Source: a bacterium (GTDB lineage: Bacteria > Zhuqueibacterota > Zhuqueibacteria > Residuimicrobiales > Krinioviventaceae). From it: a stretch of 64,000 nucleotides of DNA. Position numbers and translations under genes: made by a program. Below are positions 62,601 through 64,000 of this stretch, one piece after another (the stretch's first letter is position 1; the number at the start of each line of letters is the position of its first letter). Below the pieces are notes generated by a model. The model was not told the origin of the DNA. It did no database searches and was given only the letters and a program-made list of their open reading frames with translations. The DNA is taken from NCBI GenBank assembly GCA_963674595.2, contig CAXXFV010000004.1, forward strand, positions 192,001 through 256,000, in the 5' to 3' direction.

Positions 62601-63851
62601 GTACTGATCGACAGCATTGGTAACCTGCAATGTAAAAGGTACACCCGCTGTCTGAGTTGAATTCATAACAAGGGCAAAATCGTAAAGAGGGCCTGCCGAC
62701 ACCTGTATAGCACTGCTGGTTTTGGCGATTGTACCGTTCGTTACCGTAATTGTTTGTGTACCGGCAGAGCGGAATTGAAAATTTGAACCGGAAATTGATT
62801 TAATTCCGGCGTCATTTACCGGGTCAAAAGCAACAGGATTTTGGTCATCATAGGTCAATTCGGCACTGTTATCGGTTGACTCAAAATAAATAGTGCCGGC
62901 GTAATTTGTCTTGATATTTTTCCAGGCATCATAAGCGGTAACGGTTACATTACCATCAAGCCCTGAACCGGCATTTGTTGCTGTGTCATCAAGATCTATA
63001 TTATAAGAAGCAAGGGTTGAAGGTTGAATAGAGAACAATCCGGTTGTTCGTGAAAGTCCATTCACCGTTCCCCTTAGCTGAATATTTGTCTCTGCTTTGT
63101 ATAGCCGGACCGTTGCCTCACCTTCACCATTTTTTACAATGACATTGGTTAAAAAAGGCTGTGTAAAACCATCCGGAGCCGTATGTGCCTGACCATCTGA
63201 AAAAGAGAGCTGCACAATACCATCGGTAGGAGAATTGGCATCATCTAGAGCATTTTCAACACGAACGGTAAAATCACTGCCCGCATTAAAAGCCAAATTA
63301 GATACATCAATATCAAAACTGTTGATAGGGTTACCAATATCAAAAGGATCTGACCAGCCCTGATCAATAACAATGTCACTGTGGTCCAATGTTTCAACAA
63401 AAACAACAGCGTCCTGGACAACATCCGGAGGATTAATAATTGAAGTGATTGTTATTGTAAATGTTTCACCTGGCTGCACGGTTGAACCGGTCCCATCACG
63501 TTTACATACAATTTTTTGCAACCCATCTTCACTTACAAATTCGGGGTCATCAAAATTACCACTAAAAATAGTTTGACTGTCACTATAAACCGCGATAACG
63601 GGTGCCAGATCAAAATCGTAAATACTTAGATCAAAACCAATTTTTATACTTCCCTTACTCGGAATAGCGGTTCCGGCAGGATCTGTGGTGATTGTAAAAG
63701 AATAAGTCGATTGTTCACCAACAACGGCATAACGTGGATTAACAACAACTTGCTGCAAAGCGCCTGCAAGTGCGCTGACTGACCACAAAAATAAAAATGG
63801 AAAAATATATTTAAAATACTTGATTCGCATTGTAATTGAACAAAATCTCAT
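53691..63851 (-). CDS. giant (3386 aa) secreted Ig-like-repeat surface protein with FlgD-Ig/T9SS-like C-terminal domain
   Basis: Signal peptide. N-terminal AG..F...A.DAYGN..NY.G.IYF.STD repeats, then roughly 20 CARDB-like units (xQEPA.L.I...V..GQ..W.V...N.G). CNYPNPF...WDGTN..NGVYL C-terminus. Start overlaps the upstream stop (ATGA). Confidence 0.88.
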   Translation of the reverse strand: MRFCSITMRIKYFKYIFPFLFLWSVSALAGALQQVVVNPRYAVVGEQSTYSFTITTDPAGTAIPSKGSIKIGFDLSIYDFDLAPVIAVYSDSQTIFSGNFDDPEFVSEDGLQKIVCKRDGTGSTVQPGETFTITITSIINPPDVVQDAVVFVETLDHSDIVIDQGWSDPFDIGNPINSFDIDVSNLAFNAGSDFTVRVENALDDANSPTDGIVQLSFSDGQAHTAPDGFTQPFLTNVIVKNGEGEATVRLYKAETNIQLRGTVNGLSRTTGLFSIQPSTLASYNIDLDDTATNAGSGLDGNVTVTAYDAWKNIKTNYAGTIYFESTDNSAELTYDDQNPVAFDPVNDAGIKSISGSNFQFRSAGTQTITVTNGTIAKTSSAIQVSAGPLYDFALVMNSTQTAGVPFTLQVTNAVDQYLNPVSGNIVISAAIGGSSSPNGDAPRFTKIPVVNGTGEAEQTLYRVESVTLRGVDQTTGVTKTTGTITVLPGSLAKFELSNYPTSVAAGNSFNTDVIVRAIDAYGNEKTNYSGLIYFTSTDGSATLPGSTNFTSHPMVFGGNNFVFNTPGTQTFTVHDQSLGISTQSSSITVSALNILSITSATDRVSQGQSNVQVSMRVQNSGSQQITLTSAVLQFRSGTVDRDIDYQVPAFETRSIAANQIATLQFLVDVASTAALEVITINGQLDGLVGTSSISTIFTNPNPAWIVQQAANLAINSISIEDNQLAQGSRGIELQTQVSNNLNFTNSAPADLISSQFQFINNLEDVTSQFSVVIYDGNPETVDGGAVQALTYYITVTDQADLGNITVRQTINYSDANSGIEKQVVTQIPNLFQVVEGSSLEFTELTASQSTVTAGQLADWTVLMGIHNTGGIDLTLSIDTDKTYIRFKRGGTDYTESEYNISTPTALVEGGLTIPAGETRHLQFTVNETGTTTGPIDIYGRVEATNQIYTNSNISDVFGGFEVQTADDLRILDIIPSQTTATAGDATHPWTVAVVLKNQGGSTIEMDFDTSVLQFSNDTFVHNCSDALQNLGSQLKSNETDTLVFSVTETGSQVGDVLIGANIHYKNVNTQAAKEITASEAMKAVVSIQEASDFKITNIKAVPEFVTFGVEPNWWVTVHVANDGGADVEIDLTNAENTWVRLLQEGVHQQDFTFTLPEKLSASNSIILKAGESDSLIFKATTIGNVLGDLFGQAQVRVREPNRNQFFVEQFTSSTKIITVQEPANIEYVENSLQPTTVSAGAQVGFTVDVSNIGGSDLILNTSQTKFQFNDGLHFFSAALDPAYDNRVPGGQTVTINFLRTLIPLAFQKGQYLPQLIISGTENNNAFSDNIELTTSLTVSDPGKFSLNHIVASTPSVTIGQTNQWKIDFILVNNGSNNLQYDTAELTFSQGTNDVSEYFTFDIPNSFVSESNILSAGQTDTIRIAVTNVSAETPNQQTVLNGSVFMTDLVNTDDHPESTLPRGDEIQVQNPAELEFTRLHLSQSSITRGQTTPWKVTLHLENAGEADLLLDSENTKLSFGIGDEYFNFTKPGFFDGSNSKILSGGSRDSLIYNVQLTSAEESIVGITTVNATVRMTEVNRNLIYSFSTAPGNGQVSLAIQDSAAIRLDQVIIDVPSDSFVNSEQSFYVKALVTNPGNPESGDTVQQTTIRFYSESDVFQFSPEGQTFNIESLGPGESVWTEPGVRVNAPDLPGFKDNLVAKVETAIARNTKQSAKILTPLDSSITVHVQEPGNLVLHQVYTSVDTVIPGTSVDWQIFLDVENNTEQGGSLKLKQPTKDDITFNPGEGYVFSPRAVTEDDLVLKGGERDTLIFDVTSNGPAGGEITITGKVSATDLNDANRTIATQAKQTSVQATNRSNVMLVKTFVDPDLPVVVNDTGYVNISQDLIIKVMVQNVGAQELDTVKVQLTAPSSAIINGIKESHRLGVGQTDTLTFNLTAADAENLTGEKIEAHIIRAVARDGSIADISSSNDNFSIIKIHEPARLQIIAVENLAPSSEGTVNTGQSFDVSVKVKNTGSEAAKDVQVSLGTSSETLGKVLTSPITFAQNIQGNQEQELSFRITAGSESGNVEFTANINNALGVHNNQGVTILDPEGNNITQAIVENPAVFEILSVSPQEDIINAGDELVNWNIFVQVTNTGSSDLEFVNINAENIVFSINDVVDADYDIAPPQKLKNQVGLVLPGGAIDSLVYIVRNNGKLAGTGKIDVALQARDKNLPTDSPVLTDNASADIIVRSVNARVQVKDTEIVCNTFDNNGIGLVNRGQAFQVQVKVKAGQVLGVDSVKVELDSREVTSNTVLSMVKPDTVIIPRIAKDSTAYAVFDVTAVNDLGVNEELSELYTAKILSAKAIGSDEIAQIQEPDADDDQARIRIQEPARVNISVFPANSADSVVTASSKFKVTVKVERLGTSQVKDGNFVFTPPEGYRIFDGIDYITDPQTANFSLTGDDVSKEVNYELESPDTDTAPLAVKAAITETPKDLNTLEDALIEVEEDSFLVETKTSILLIDYFTIIEPEGAKDSVLSTEQTLQLEAKVKTSKNLTNRKVKLLLPAIAGSRRYSLADDDSLEKTVDQDSATLSWTIFAPSAEVSDNHTLQLELKGEENGKEKVSKASITIKKVVTKAILNLEALSVIPLTTMTDGATYLSTGQTATLQARVTNLGSAGLDPETAKGKLKLDLLDSGLSLADGESATKDFDINENIGWTITAPNEVLQNKRVKVEIDSDSVPKDENSNKSVEVETNTRELIVYTQEGGYISVDSLWVSNPVGARDNKLSTNQTFYITAEISSGQVAEDISAQIIFSSEEFDAVNPVNQDIAVGDDQRVTWKVTAPGVTGDGNVQIKVNAKDLRSGADLEIFSDAMDITVENQAVVSITPKISAPEGLVDRVSTSQYFTLTTSITNSGDAGFADTDSFVVELAPLPVGFSLSGERRLSVTVADVKNNIFPEWELQAPAAKPEGLSKFEFNFIQAPVDQNSGTNAKISKDTETFTLQTLNKAGVELLASMDQDVFIDSGTVRVGSEFQVVSYLSNIGESDLIGSYQVKIKLSDNGFTTKGDTIKTAAGANDAISWTIQAPKYKTDVPDTIKFYLLEAPNDTYTKQQASIDKDLAKILVSSEAGMVVIEPYVLQEKSVVSKGSQNVKMMGFKARNKDAASSSVSIIDSLKIFVKDKKGEPVSPASVFSRVAAVRHSDPAHVFAWQTNFGTDFILLDLKSNLPDTLKGTEPDSIDIVADIGNVGSAYGFQLYINSPENIRASDVSGLPLTIVDSNYNQVLDLGISSKLSVVVEEQLEKTFCNYPNPFGRPDRTETKFLYYLSQPSDVEIKIFTLTGELVRSWSFSKSSDQLQTSEGVHQGDVIWDGTNGQNFRVMNGVYLAYIITETETAITKIAVVK

Positions 63852-64000
63852 TTATTAATTCGCATAACCCGATTTTTACTTTTATTAACATTGGGTATTA
63901 ATTTCTTCTTGTCTATTAACAAGTCAAACCCGTATTCGGTCTCCATGTTTGAGGGAGAAATAACATCCGCTACAATAATATCACAATCTTGATTAGCCGG
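63848..64000 (-). CDS. 3' end of an upstream gene (partial, unknown function)
   Basis: Open frame from the window edge (PANQDCDIIVADVISP...VMRINK*). Its TGA overlaps the giant gene's ATG. Confidence 0.55.
   Translation of the reverse strand, partial: PANQDCDIIVADVISPSNMETEYGFDLLIDKKKLIPNVNKSKNRVMRINK

Noticed and set aside
1-64000. Numerous short (60-165 aa) ORFs in the six-frame track
   Set aside because: They lie antisense or out of frame within well-supported genes and have no recognisable motifs, so they are treated as shadow ORFs.
1-64000. CRISPR array, tRNA, rRNA, prophage
   Set aside because: No regularly spaced DNA repeats, RNA-gene signatures or phage genes were seen by eye.

Overview
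AT-rich, gene-dense bacterial chromosomal segment. It is probably from an FCB-group diderm such as KSB1 or Calditrichota; this is inferred from lipid A genes, bacillithiol genes, a PorV-like barrel and four secreted proteins ending in an NYPNPF/FlgD-Ig sorting domain. I found no rRNA, tRNA, CRISPR array or intact mobile element. The left half is mostly housekeeping and envelope genes: SNF2, a PTS-IIA/CLC pair, pepT, RHH-sat-cysC, a gnnA-like-lpxB-lpxJ-like-lpxK cluster, an NtrC-family regulator and an nmbA-like-bshC-bshB1 operon. Near 30 kb is a dense DnaA-box cluster with a consensus sigma70 promoter firing into it (oriC or datA-like candidate). The right half is all minus strand and includes a selenocysteine peroxiredoxin (in-frame UGA plus SECIS-like hairpin) between two paralogous Trp-repeat secreted proteins, secreted hydrolases, dprA and obgE. 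The best candidate for an undescribed system is at 46.7-63.9 kb: a 3386-aa Ig-repeat surface protein, a PorV-TPR barrel, a membrane protein fusing an RsbW-type kinase and an RsbU-type phosphatase to transposase-like HTH domains and a long acidic tail (plus TPR), and a STAS protein carrying a homologous HTH domain. All calls come from reading motifs by eye; no searches were run.
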